DNA of 64,000 bases, from contig OZ024742.1 of the NCBI GenBank assembly GCA_964016885.1, positions 277,264,001 to 277,328,000 of the forward strand, given 5' to 3'. The number at the start of each line of letters is the position of its first letter. The stretch's first letter is position 1. The position numbers and the translations under genes were made by a program. Positions 51,051 through 63,065 of the stretch are shown in pieces. The stretch comes from Eledone cirrhosa (taxonomy: Eukaryota). Under the pieces are notes generated by a model. That model had not been told where the DNA came from and searched no databases. It was given only the letters and a program-made list of their open reading frames with translations.

Positions 51051-52061
51051 TACATACACTTTTTATCTATGAAAGAACAAAATTTTAGATTTTTACACAC
51101 ATTCTCTCTTAGATGTTCAACATATCTTTCCATAACGATCGGTCAATTGTTAGCACTACACATGGCAACTACCATTTTCATCTGGCATTCTAGCATATTT
51201 AATTCTTTCCATTTTACCGTCGTCCCATCTCTGGCAACTAAACAATCTCTCGTTTCGTTCATCTCAAAAATATTAATTCATGTTTGCACACACAAAGCTA
51301 AACTCAAAGCCTCAGCTCGAGCCAGCGCGGCTGGACCGAGGGGACCGCATGACAATCTCCCCATTCCGTGACGGTAGGCCACACGTCTCTCTTGCTACAC
51401 GATGTGGCACCTTCTCTAGCGGCAGCATGCTGCGTCCGGCTGCCAGCTTAGTATCCGCTGTTTGCCATGCCGAAGATGGCAAACTGTCCGAGTATCGGCC
51501 GCTTTCTTATATGTTTGTGGTAGAGCGAGTAGCAGTGGAGACTACCAGTGTTCTTGACGCCTAGACAACGGCCCCCGCTCATGGCCATCGGAGCTGAGTT
51601 GGGTGCGCGAAGTTGCAAGTCTCCCCCAGTTTGATTGGCTCTACCAGCTCGTCTCCGTCACCGTCCTCCCAGGCAATATATTCTTCATCCTGTCGGTACG
51701 AAGAGGTGCAGGGTATGATAGTTTCCACCTCATATTTCTCTTCTGCTGCCTAGATATTTCTTCCTAGACATATATTACCGAAAGTTTTCAGAGTAATCGA
51801 AAGCAACAGCTGATTTTTGATTTCATAAAAACGACAACGACGATATCAACATAAGAGAAGAATACATTTGGAAAGGTTGATTGGTGGTAAGTATTTCCGT
51901 TGGACATGCAAAATTATTGCCGACGTATAGTGTTGAAATATTGCACAAGTTTACTGATTAATGAAACAATGTTTCGACTATTACATCATCACTATTTAAA
52001 TTGTGATAAGGACGCTTACAAATTGTTAGAAGAAGCAAAGAATGGAGTAAAACAATTAGAG

Positions 52062-52133
52062 TTCCCATGCCGGGAATCGAACCCGGGCCGCCTGGGTGAA
52101 AGCCAGGAATCCTAACCACTAGACCACATGGGA
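52062..52133 (-). tRNA. tRNA-Glu(TTC)
   Basis: Consensus copy. Confidence 0.96.
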
Positions 52134-52314
52134 AGCCATTGCTGAAATGAGGAAATAGTACACTTTTAAATGTGACAATATATTAATAAACTGTAGAAAC
52201 TTCTATATATTTAGAGAAGCAGGCATAACATGACAGGCACGGTTTTCCTTCATAGATAAATATCACTAGCGATTTCTTCAATACGTTGCTTTACTAAAGG
52301 TCACCACCTATACA

Positions 52315-52385
52315 TCCTCGGTAGTATAGTGGTAAGTATCCCCGCCTGTCACGCGGGAGACCGGGTTCGATTCCCCGCCGGGGAG
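52315..52385 (+). pseudogene. tRNA-Asp(GTC), 1 nt T-stem deletion
   Basis: Paralog of 36301. Confidence 0.65.
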
Positions 52386-53396
52386 TACATACACTTTTTA
52401 TCTATGAAAGAACAAAATTTTAGATTTTTACACACATTCTCTCTTAGATGTTCAACATATCTTTCCATAACGATCGGTCAATTGTTAGCACTACACATGG
52501 CAACTACCATTTTCATCTGGCATTCTAGCATATTTAATTCTTTCCATTTTACCGTCGTCCCATCTCTGGCAACTAAACAATCTCTCGTTTCGTTCATCTC
52601 AAAAATATTAATTCATGTTTGCACACACAAAGCTAAACTCAAAGCCTCAGCTCGAGCCAGCGCGGCTGGACCGAGGGGACGCCATGACAATCTTGCCATT
52701 CCGTGACGGTAGGCCACACGTCTCTCTTGCTACACGATGTGGCACCTTCTCTAGCGGCAGCATGCTGCGTCCAGCTGCCAGCTTAGTATCCGCTGTTTGC
52801 CACGCCGAAGATGGGAAACTGTCCGAGTATTGGCCGCTTTCTTATATGTTTGTGGTAGAGCGAGTAGCAGTGGAGACTACCAGTGTTCTTGACCCCTAGA
52901 CAACGGCCCCCGCTCATGGCCATCGGAGCTGAGTTGGGTGAGCGAAGTTGCAAGTCTCCCCCAGTTTGATTGGCTCTACCAGCTCGTCTCCGTCACCGTC
53001 CTCCCAGGCAATATATTCTTCATCCTGTCGGTACGAAGAGGTGCAGGGTATGATAGTTTCCACCTCATATTTCTCTTCTGCTGCCTAGATATTTCTTCCT
53101 AGACATATGTTACCGAAAGTTTTCAGAGTAATCGAAAGCAACAGCTGATTTTTGATTTCATAAAAACGACAACGACGATATCAACATATGAGAAGAATAC
53201 ATTTGGAAAGGTTGATTGGTGGTAAGTATTTCCGTTGGACATGCAAAATTATTGCCGACGTATAGTGTTGAAATATTGCACAAGTTTTCTGATTAATGAA
53301 ACAATGTTTCGATTATGACATCATCACTATTTAAATAGTGATAAGGACGCTTACAAATTGTTCAAAGAAGCAAAGAATGGAGTAAAGCAATTAGAG

Positions 53397-53468
53397 TTCC
53401 CATGCCGGGAATCGAACAAGGGCCACCTGGGTGAAAGCCAGGAATCCTAACCACTAGACCACATGGGA
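53397..53468 (-). pseudogene. tRNA-Glu(TTC), G51T/G52T T-stem-damaged
   Basis: As 37383. Confidence 0.78.
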
Positions 53469-53649
53469 ATCCATTGCTGAAATGAGGAAATAGTACACTT
53501 TTAAATGTGACAATATATTAATAAACTGTAGACACTTCTATATATTTATAGAAGCAGGCATAACATGACAGGCACGGTTTTCATTCATAGATAAATATCA
53601 CTAGCGATTTCTTCAATACGTTGCTCTACTAAAGGTCACCACCTATACA

Positions 53650-53721
53650 TCCTCGGTAGTATAGTGGTAAGTATCCCCGCCTGTCACGCGGGAGACCGGG
53701 GTTCGATTCCCCGTCGGGGAG
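53650..53721 (+). tRNA. tRNA-Asp(GTC), C66T variant
   Basis: G7-T66 wobble. Confidence 0.92.
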
Positions 53722-54733
53722 GTACATATACTTTTTATCTATGAAAGAACAAAATTTTAGATTTTTACACACATTCTCTCTTAGATGTTCAACATATCTT
53801 TCCATAACGATCGGTCAATTGTTAGCACTACACATGGCAACTACCATTTTCATCTGGCATTCTAGCATATTTAATTCTTTCCATTTTACCGTCGTCCCAT
53901 CTCTGGCAACTAAACAATCTCTCGTTTCGTTCATCTCAAAAATATTAATTCATGTTTGCACACACAAAGCTAAACTCAAAGCCTCAGCTCGAGCCAGCGC
54001 GGCTGGACCGAGGGGACGCCATGACAATCTTGCCATTCCGTGACGGTAGGCCACACGTCTCTCTTGCTACACGATGTGGCACCTTCTCTAGCGGCAGCAT
54101 GCTGCGTCCAGCTGCCAGCTTAGTATCCGCTCTTTGCCACGCCGAAGATGGGAAACTGTCCGAGTATCGGCCGCTTTCTTATATGTTTGTGGTAGAGCGA
54201 GTAGCAGTGGAGACTACCAGTGTTCTTGACGCCTAGACAACGGCCCCCGCTCATGGCCATCGGAGCTGAGTTGGGTGCGCGAAGTTGCAAGTCTCCCCCA
54301 GTTTGATTGGCTCTACCAGCTCGTCTCCGTCACCGTCCTCCCAGGCAATATATTCTTCATCCTGTCGGTACGAAGAGGTGCAGGGTATGATAGTTTCCAC
54401 CTCATATTTCTCTTCTGCTGCCTAGATATTTCTTCCTAGACATATGTTACCGAAAGTTTTCAGAGTAATCGAAAGCAACAGCTGATTTTTGATTGCATAA
54501 AAACGACAACGACGATATCAACATAAGAGAAGAATACATTTGGAAAGGTTGGTTGGTGGTAAGTATTTCCGTTGGACATGCAAAATTATTGCCGACGTAT
54601 AGTGTTGAAATATTGCACAAGTTTACTGATTAATGAAACAATGTTTCGACTATTACATCATCACTATTTAAATTGTGATAAGGACGCTTACAAATTGTTA
54701 GAAGAAGCAAAGAATGTAGTAAAACAATTAGAG

Positions 54734-54805
54734 TTCCCATGCCGGGAATCGAACCCGGGCCGCCTGGGTGAAAGCCAGGAATCCTAACCACTAGACCACA
54801 TGGGA
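54734..54805 (-). tRNA. tRNA-Glu(TTC)
   Basis: Consensus copy. Confidence 0.96.
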
Positions 54806-54986
54806 AGCCATTGCTGAAATGAGGAAATAGTACACTTTTAAATGTGACAATATATTAATAAACTGTAGAAACTTCTATATATTTAGAGAAGCAGGCATAA
54901 CATGACAGGCACGGTTTTCATTCATAGATAAATATCACTAGCGATTTCTTCAATACGTTGCTTTACTAAAGGTCACCACCTATACA

Positions 54987-55058
54987 TCCTCGGTGGTATA
55001 GTGGTAAGTATCCCCGCCTGTCACGCGGGAGACCGGGGTTCGATTCCCCGCCGGGGAG
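54987..55058 (+). tRNA. tRNA-Asp(GTC), A9G variant
   Basis: TGGTATAGTGG still fits the A-box TRG start. Confidence 0.9.
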
Positions 55059-56069
55059 TACATACACTTTTTATCTATGAAAGAACAAAATTTTAGATTT
55101 TTACACACATTCTCTCTTAGATGTTCAACATATCTTTCCATAACGATCGGTCAATTGTTAGCACTACACATGGCAACTACCATTTTCATCTGGCATTCTA
55201 GCATATTTAATTCTTTCCATTTTACCGTCGTCCCATCTCTGGCAACTAAACAATCTCTCGTTTCGTTCATCTCAAAAATATTAATTCATGTTTGCACACA
55301 CAAAGCTAAACTCAAAGCCTCAGCTCGAGCCAGCGCGGCTGGACCGAGGGGACGCCATGACAATCTTGCCATTCCGTGACGGTAGGCCACACGTCTCTCT
55401 TGCTACACGATGTGGCACCTTCTCTAGCGGCAGCATGCTGCGTCCAGCTGCCAGCTTAGTATCCGCTGTTTGCCACGCCGAAGATGGGAAACTGTCCGAG
55501 TATTGGCCGCTTTCTTATATGTTTGTGGTAGAGCGAGTAGCAGTGGAGACTACCAGTGTTCTTGACCCCTAGACAACGGCCCCCGCTCATGGCCATCGGA
55601 GCTGAGTTGGGTGAGCGAAGTTGCAAGTCTCCCCCAGTTTGATTGGCTCTACCAGCTCGTCTCCGTCACCGTCCTCCCAGGCAATATATTCTTCATCCTG
55701 TCGGTACGAAGAGGTGCAGGGTATGATAGTTTCCACCTCATATTTCTCTTCTGCTGCCTAGATATTTCTTCCTAGACATATGTTACCGAAAGTTTTCAGA
55801 GTAATCGAAAGCAACAGCTGATTTTTGATTTCATAAAAACGACAACGACGATATCAACATATGAGAAGAATACATTTGGAAAGGTTGATTGGTGGTAAGT
55901 ATTTCCGTTGGACATGCAAAATTATTGCCGACGTATAGTGTTGAAATATTGCACAAGTTTTCTGATTAATGAAACAATGTTTCGATTATGACATCATCAC
56001 TATTTAAATAGTGATAAGGACGCTTACAAATTGTTCAAAGAAGCAAAGAATGGAGTAAAGCAATTAGAG

Positions 56070-56141
56070 TTCCCATGCCGGGAACCGAACAAGGGCCACC
56101 TGGGTGAAAGCCAGGAATCCTAACCACTAGACCACATGGGA
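56070..56141 (-). pseudogene. tRNA-Glu(TTC), G51T/G52T plus A58G
   Basis: ggaaccgaacaaggg on + strand; invariant A58 lost. Confidence 0.85.
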
Positions 56142-56322
56142 ATCCATTGCTGAAATGAGGAAATAGTACACTTTTAAATGTGACAATATATTAATAAACT
56201 GTAGACACTTCTATATATTTATAGAAGCAGGCATAACATGACAGGCACGGTTTTCATTCATAGATAAATATCACTAGCGATTTCTTCAATACGTTGCTCT
56301 ACTAAAGGTCACCACCTATACA

Positions 56323-56393
56323 TCCTCTGTAGTATAGTGGTAAGTATCCCCGCCTGTCACGCGGGAGACGGGGTTCGATTCCCCGTCGGGGAG
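56323..56393 (+). pseudogene. tRNA-Asp(GTC), multiply damaged
   Basis: Paralog of 40309. Confidence 0.75.
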
Positions 56394-57405
56394 GTACATA
56401 TACTTTTTATCTATGAAAGAACAAAATTTTAGATTTTTACACACATTCTCTCTTAGATGTTCAACATATCTTTCCATAACGATCGGTCAATTGTTAGCAC
56501 TACACATGGCAACTACCATTTTCATCTGGCATTCTAGCATATTTAATTCTTTCCATTTTACCGTCGTCCCATCTCTGGCAACTAAACAATCTCTCGTTTC
56601 GTTCATCTCAAAAATATTAATTCATGTTTGCACACACAAAGCTAAACTCAAAGCCTCAGCTCGAGCCAGCGCGGCTGGACCGAGGGGACGCCATGACAAT
56701 CTTCCCATTCCGTGACGGTAGGCCACACGTCTCTCTTGCTACACGATGTGGCACCTTCTCTAGCGGCAGCATGCTGCGTCCAGCTGCCAGCTTAGTATCC
56801 GCTCTTTGCCACGCCGAAGATGGGAAACTGTCCGAGTATCGGCCGCTTTCTTATATGTTTGTGGTAGAGCGAGTAGCAGTGGAGACTACCAGTGTTCTTG
56901 ACGCCTAGACAACGGCCCCCGCTCATGGCCATCGGAGCTGAGCTGGGTGCGCGAAGTTGCAAGTCTCCCCCAGTTTGATTGGCTCTACCAGCTCGTCTCC
57001 GTCACCGTCCTCCCAGGCAATATATTCTTCATCCTGTCGGTACGAAGAGGTGCAGGGTATGATAGTTTCCACCTCATATTTCTCTTCTGCTGCCTAGATA
57101 TTTCTTCCTAGACATATGTTACCGAAAGTTTTCAGAGTAATCGAAAGCAACAGCTGATTTTTGATTTCATAAAAACGACAACGACGATATCAACATAAGA
57201 GAAGAATACATTTGGAAAGGTTGGTTGGTGGTAAGTATTTCCGTTGGACATGCAAAATTATTGCCGACGTATAGTGTTGAAATATTGCACAAGTTTACTG
57301 ATTAATGAAACAATGTTTCGACTATTACATCATCACTATTTAAATTGTGATAAGGACGCTTACAAATTGTTAGAAGAAGCAAAGAATGTAGTAAAACAAT
57401 TAGAG

Positions 57406-57477
57406 TTCCCATGCCGGGAATCGAACCCGGGCCGCCTGGGTGAAAGCCAGGAATCCTAACCACTAGACCACATGGGA
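57406..57477 (-). tRNA. tRNA-Glu(TTC)
   Basis: Consensus copy. Confidence 0.96.
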
Positions 57478-57658
57478 AGCCATTGCTGAAATGAGGAAAT
57501 AGTACACTTTTAAATGTGACAATATATTAATAAACTGTAGAAACTTCTATATATTTAGAGAAGCAGGCATAACATGACAGGCACGGTTTTCATTCATAGA
57601 TAAATATCACTAGCGATTTCTTCAATACGTTGCTTTACTAAAGGTCACCACCTATACA

Positions 57659-57721
57659 TCCTCGGTAGTATAGTGGTAAGTATCCACGCGGGAGACCGGG
57701 GTTCGATTCCCCGCCGGGGAG
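57659..57721 (+). pseudogene. Anticodon-less tRNA-Asp derivative (9 nt deletion)
   Basis: Paralog of 41645. Confidence 0.9.
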
Positions 57722-58732
57722 TACATACACTTTTTATCTATGAAAGAACAAAATTTTAGATTTTTACACACATTCTCTCTTAGATGTTCAACATATCTTT
57801 CCATAACGATCGGTCAATTGTTAGCACTACACATGGCAACTACCATTTTCATCTGGCATTCTAGCATATTTAATTCTTTCCATTTTACCGTCGTCCCATC
57901 TCTGGCAACTAAACAATCTCTCGTTTCGTTCATCTCAAAAATATTAATTCATGTTTGCACACACAAAGCTAAACTCAAAGCCTCAGCTCGAGCCAGCGCG
58001 GCTGGACCGAGGGGACGCCATGACAATCTTGCCATTCCGTGACGGTAGGCCACACGTCTCTCTTGCTACACGATGTGGCACCTTCTCTAGCGGCAGCATG
58101 CTGCGTCCAGCTGCCAGCTTAGTATCCGCTGTTTGCCACGCCGAAGATGGGAAACTGTCCGAGTATTGGCCGCTTTCTTATATGTTTGTGGTAGAGCGAG
58201 TAGCAGTGGAGACTACCAGTGTTCTTGACCCCTAGACAACGGCCCCCGCTCATGGCCATCGGAGCTGAGTTGGGTGAGCGAAGTTGCAAGTCTCCCCCAG
58301 TTTGATTGGCTCTACCAGCTCGTCTCCGTCACCGTCCTCCCAGGCAATATATTCTTCATCCTGTCGGTACGAAGAGGTGCAGGGTATGATAGTTTCCACC
58401 TCATATTTCTCTTCTGCTGCCTAGATATTTCTTCCTAGACATATGTTACCGAAAGTTTTCAGAGTAATCGAAAGCAACAGCTGATTTTTGATTTCATAAA
58501 AACGACAACGACGATATCAACATATGAGAAGAATACATTTGGAAAGGTTGATTGGTGGTAAGTATTTCCGTTGGACATGCAAAATTATTGCCGACGTATA
58601 GTGTTGAAATATTGCACAAGTTTTCTGATTAATGAAACAATGTTTCGATTATGACATCATCACTATTTAAATAGTGATAAGGACGCTTACAAATTGTTCA
58701 AAGAAGCAAAGAATGGAGTAAAGCAATTAGAG

Positions 58733-58804
58733 TTCCCATGCCGGGAATCGAACAAGGGCCACCTGGGTGAAAGCCAGGAATCCTAACCACTAGACCACAT
58801 GGGA
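58733..58804 (-). pseudogene. tRNA-Glu(TTC), G51T/G52T T-stem-damaged
   Basis: As 37383. Confidence 0.78.
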
Positions 58805-58985
58805 ATCCATTGCTGAAATGAGGAAATAGTACACTTTTAAATGTGACAATATATTAATAAACTGTAGACACTTCTATATATTTATAGAAGCAGGCATAAC
58901 ATGACAGGCACGGTTTTCATTCATAGATAAATATCACTAGCGATTTCTTCAATACGTTGCTCTACTAAAGGTCACCACCTATACA

Positions 58986-59057
58986 TCCTCGGTAGTATAG
59001 TGGTAAGTATCCCCGCCTGTCACGCGGGAGACCGGGGTTCGATTCCCCGTCGGGGAG
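58986..59057 (+). tRNA. tRNA-Asp(GTC), C66T variant
   Basis: G7-T66 wobble. Confidence 0.92.
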
Positions 59058-60069
59058 GTACATATACTTTTTATCTATGAAAGAACAAAATTTTAGATTT
59101 TTACACACATTCTCTCTTAGATGTTCAACATATCTTTCCATAACGATCGGTCAATTGTTAGCACTACACATGGCAACTACCATTTTCATCTGGCATTCTA
59201 GCATATTTAATTCTTTCCATTTTACCGTCGTCCCATCTCTGGCAACTAAACAATCTCTCGTTTCGTTCATCTCAAAAATATTAATTCATGTTTGCACACA
59301 CAAAGCTAAACTCAAAGCCTCAGCTCGAGCCAGCGCGGCTGGACCGAGGGGACGCCATGACAATCTTCCCATTCCGTGACGGTAGGCCACACGTCTCTCT
59401 TGCTACACGATGTGGCACCTTCTCTAGCGGCAGCATGCTGCGTCCAGCTGCCAGCTTAGTATCCGCTCTTTGCCACGCCGAAGATGGGAAACTGTCCGAG
59501 TATCGGCCGCTTTCTTATATGTTTGTGGTAGAGCGAGTAGCAGTGGAGACTACCAGTGTTCTTGACGCCTAGACAACGGCCCCCGCTCATGGCCATCGGA
59601 GCTGAGCTGGGTGCGCGAAGTTGCAAGTCTCCCCCAGTTTGATTGGCTCTACCAGCTCGTCTCCGTCACCGTCCTCCCAGGCAATATATTCTTCATCCTG
59701 TCGGTACGAAGAGGTGCAGGGTATGATAGTTTCCACCTCATATTTCTCTTCTGCTGCCTAGATATTTCTTCCTAGACATATGTTACCGAAAGTTTTCAGA
59801 GTAATCGAAAGCAACAGCTGATTTTTGATTTCATAAAAACGACAACGACGATATCAACATAAGAGAAGAATACATTTGGAAAGGTTGGTTGGTGGTAAGT
59901 ATTTCCGTTGGACATGCAAAATTATTGCCGACGTATAGTGTTGAAATATTGCACAAGTTTACTGATTAATGAAACAATGTTTCGACTATTACATCATCAC
60001 TATTTAAATTGTGATAAGGACGCTTACAAATTGTTAGAAGAAGCAAAGAATGTAGTAAAACAATTAGAG

Positions 60070-60141
60070 TTCCCATGCCGGGAATCGAACCCGGGCCGCC
60101 TGGGTGAAAGCCAGGAATCCTAACCACTAGACCACATGGGA
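60070..60141 (-). tRNA. tRNA-Glu(TTC)
   Basis: Consensus copy. Confidence 0.96.
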
Positions 60142-60322
60142 AGCCATTGCTGAAATGAGGAAATAGTACACTTTTAAATGTGACAATATATTAATAAACT
60201 GTAGAAACTTCTATATATTTATAGAAGCAGGCATAACATGACAGGCACGGTTTTCATTCATAGATAAATATCACTAGCGATTTCTTCAATACGTTGCTTT
60301 ACTAAAGGTCACCACCTATACA

Positions 60323-60394
60323 TCCTCGGTAGTATAGTGGTAAGTATCCCCGCCTGTCACGCGGGAGACCGGGGTTCGATTCCCCGCCGGGGAG
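60323..60394 (+). tRNA. tRNA-Asp(GTC)
   Basis: Consensus copy. Confidence 0.96.
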
Positions 60395-61403
60395 TACATA
60401 CACTTTTTATCTATGAAAGAACAAAATTTTAGATTTTTACACACATTCTCTCTTAGATGTTCAACATATCTTTCCATAACGATCGGTCAATTGTTAGCAC
60501 TACACATGGCAACTACCATTTTCATCTGGCATTCTAGCATATTTAATTCTTTCCATTTTACCGTCGTCCCATCTCTGGCAACTAAACAATCTCTCGTTTC
60601 GTTCATCTCAAAAATATTAATTCATGTTTGCACACACAAAGCTAAACTCAAAGCCTCAGCTCGAGCCAGCGCGGCTGGACCGAGGGGACGCCATGACAAT
60701 CTTGCCATTCCGTGACGGTAGGCCACACGTCTCTCTTGCTACACGATGTGGCACCTTCTCTAGCGGCAGCATGCTGCGTCCAGCTGCCAGCTTAGTATCC
60801 GCTGTTTGCCACGCCGAAGATGGGAAACTGTCCGAGTATTGGCCGCTTTCTTATATGTTTGTGGTAGAGCGAGTAGCAGTGGAGACTACCAGTGTTCTTG
60901 ACCCCTAGACAACGGCCCCCGCTCATGGCCATCGGAGCTGAGTTGGGTGAGCGAAGTTGCAAGTCTCCCCCAGTTTGATTGGCTCTACCAGCTCGTCTCC
61001 GTCACCGTCCTCCCAGGCAATATATTCTTCATCCTGTCGGTACGAAGAGGTGCAGGGTATGATAGTTTCCACCTCATATTTCTCTTCTGCTGCCTAGATA
61101 TTTCTTCCTAGACATATGTTACCGAAAGTTTTCAGAGTAATCGAAAGCAACAGCTGATTTTTGATTTCATAAAAACGACAACGACGATATCAACATGAGA
61201 AGAATACATTTGGAAAGGTTGATTGGTGGTAAGTATTTCCGTTGGACATGCAAAATTATTGCCGACGTATAGTGTTGAAATATTGCACAAGTTTTCTGAT
61301 TAATGAAACAATGTTTCGATTATGACATCATCACTATTTAAATAGTGATAAGGACGCTTACAAATTGTTCAAAGAAGCAAAGAATGGAGTAAAGCAATTA
61401 GAG

Positions 61404-61475
61404 TTCCCATGCCGGGAATCGAACAAGGGCCACCTGGGTGAAAGCCAGGAATCCTAACCACTAGACCACATGGGA
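61404..61475 (-). pseudogene. tRNA-Glu(TTC), G51T/G52T T-stem-damaged
   Basis: As 37383. Confidence 0.78.
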
Positions 61476-61656
61476 ATCCATTGCTGAAATGAGGAAATAG
61501 TACACTTTTAAATGTGACAATATATTAATAAACTGTAGACACTTCTATATATTTATAGAAGCAGGCATAACATGACAGGCACGGTTTTCATTCATAGATA
61601 AATATCACTAGCGATTTCTTCAATACGTTGCTCTACTAAAGGTCACCACCTATACA

Positions 61657-61728
61657 TCCTCGGTAGTATAGTGGTAAGTATCCCCGCCTGTCACGCGGGA
61701 GACCGGGGTTCGATTCCCCGTCGGGGAG
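61657..61728 (+). tRNA. tRNA-Asp(GTC), C66T variant
   Basis: G7-T66 wobble. Confidence 0.92.
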
Positions 61729-62740
61729 GTACATATACTTTTTATCTATGAAAGAACAAAATTTTAGATTTTTACACACATTCTCTCTTAGATGTTCAAC
61801 ATATCTTTCCATAACGATCGGTCAATTGTTAGCACTACACATGGCAACTACCATTTTCATCTGGCATTCTAGCATATTTAATTCTTTCCATTTTACCGTC
61901 GTCCCATCTCTGGCAACTAAACAATCTCTCGTTTCGTTCATCTCAAAAATATTAATTCATGTTTGCACACACAAAGCTAAACTCAAAGCCTCAGCTCGAG
62001 CCAGCGCGGCTGGACCGAGGGGACGCCATGACAATCTTCCCATTCCGTGACGGTAGGCCACACGTCTCTCTTGCTACACGATGTGGCACCTTCTCTAGCG
62101 GCAGCATGCTGCGTCCAGCTGCCAGCTTAGTATCCGCTCTTTGCCACGCCGAAGATGGGAAACTGTCCGAGTATCGGCCGCTTTCTTATATGTTTGTGGT
62201 AGAGCGAGTAGCAGTGGAGACTACCAGTGTTCTTGACGCCTAGACAACGGCCCCCGCTCATGGCCATCGGAGCTGAGCTGGGTGCGCGAAGTTGCAAGTC
62301 TCCCCCAGTTTGATTGGCTCTACCAGCTCGTCTCCGTCACCGTCCTCCCAGGCAATATATTCTTCATCCTGTCGGTACGAAGAGGTGCAGGGTATGATAG
62401 TTTCCACCTCATATTTCTCTTCTGCTGCCTAGATATTTCTTCCTAGACATATGTTACCGAAAGTTTTCAGAGTAATCGAAAGCAACAGCTGATTTTTGAT
62501 TTCATAAAAACGACAACGACGATATCAACATAAGAGAAGAATACATTTGGAAAGGTTGGTTGGTGGTAAGTATTTCCGTTGGACATGCAAAATTATTGCC
62601 GACGTATAGTGTTGAAATATTGCACAAGTTTACTGATTAATGAAACAATGTTTCGACTATTACATCATCACTATTTAAATTGTGATAAGGACGCTTACAA
62701 ATTGTTAGAAGAAGCAAAGAATGTAGTAAAACAATTAGAG

Positions 62741-62812
62741 TTCCCATGCCGGGAATCGAACCCGGGCCGCCTGGGTGAAAGCCAGGAATCCTAACCACTA
62801 GACCACATGGGA
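62741..62812 (-). tRNA. tRNA-Glu(TTC)
   Basis: Consensus copy. Confidence 0.96.
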
Positions 62813-62993
62813 AGCCATTGCTGAAATGAGGAAATAGTACACTTTTAAATGTGACAATATATTAATAAACTGTAGAAACTTCTATATATTTATAGAAGCA
62901 GGCATAACATGACAGGCACGGTTTTCATTCATAGATAAATATCACTAGCGATTTCTTCAATACGTTGCTTTACTAAAGGTCACCACCTATACA

Positions 62994-63065
62994 TCCTCGG
63001 TAGTATAGTGGTAAGTATCCCCGCCTGTCACGCGGGAGACCGGGGTTCGATTCCCCGCCGGGGAG
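62994..63065 (+). tRNA. tRNA-Asp(GTC)
   Basis: Consensus copy. Confidence 0.96.

Larger units (their letters stand above)
27600..59610. repeat. 12-unit higher-order tandem duplication (~16,015 bp x2; junction within ~43,600-43,795)
   Basis: Rare variants recur at +16,014/16,015: A14G Asp 28295/44310, 19 bp deletion ~31075/47090, T-stem deletion 36301/52315, G6T Asp 40309/56323, 9 bp anticodon deletion 41645/57659. Confidence 0.93.
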
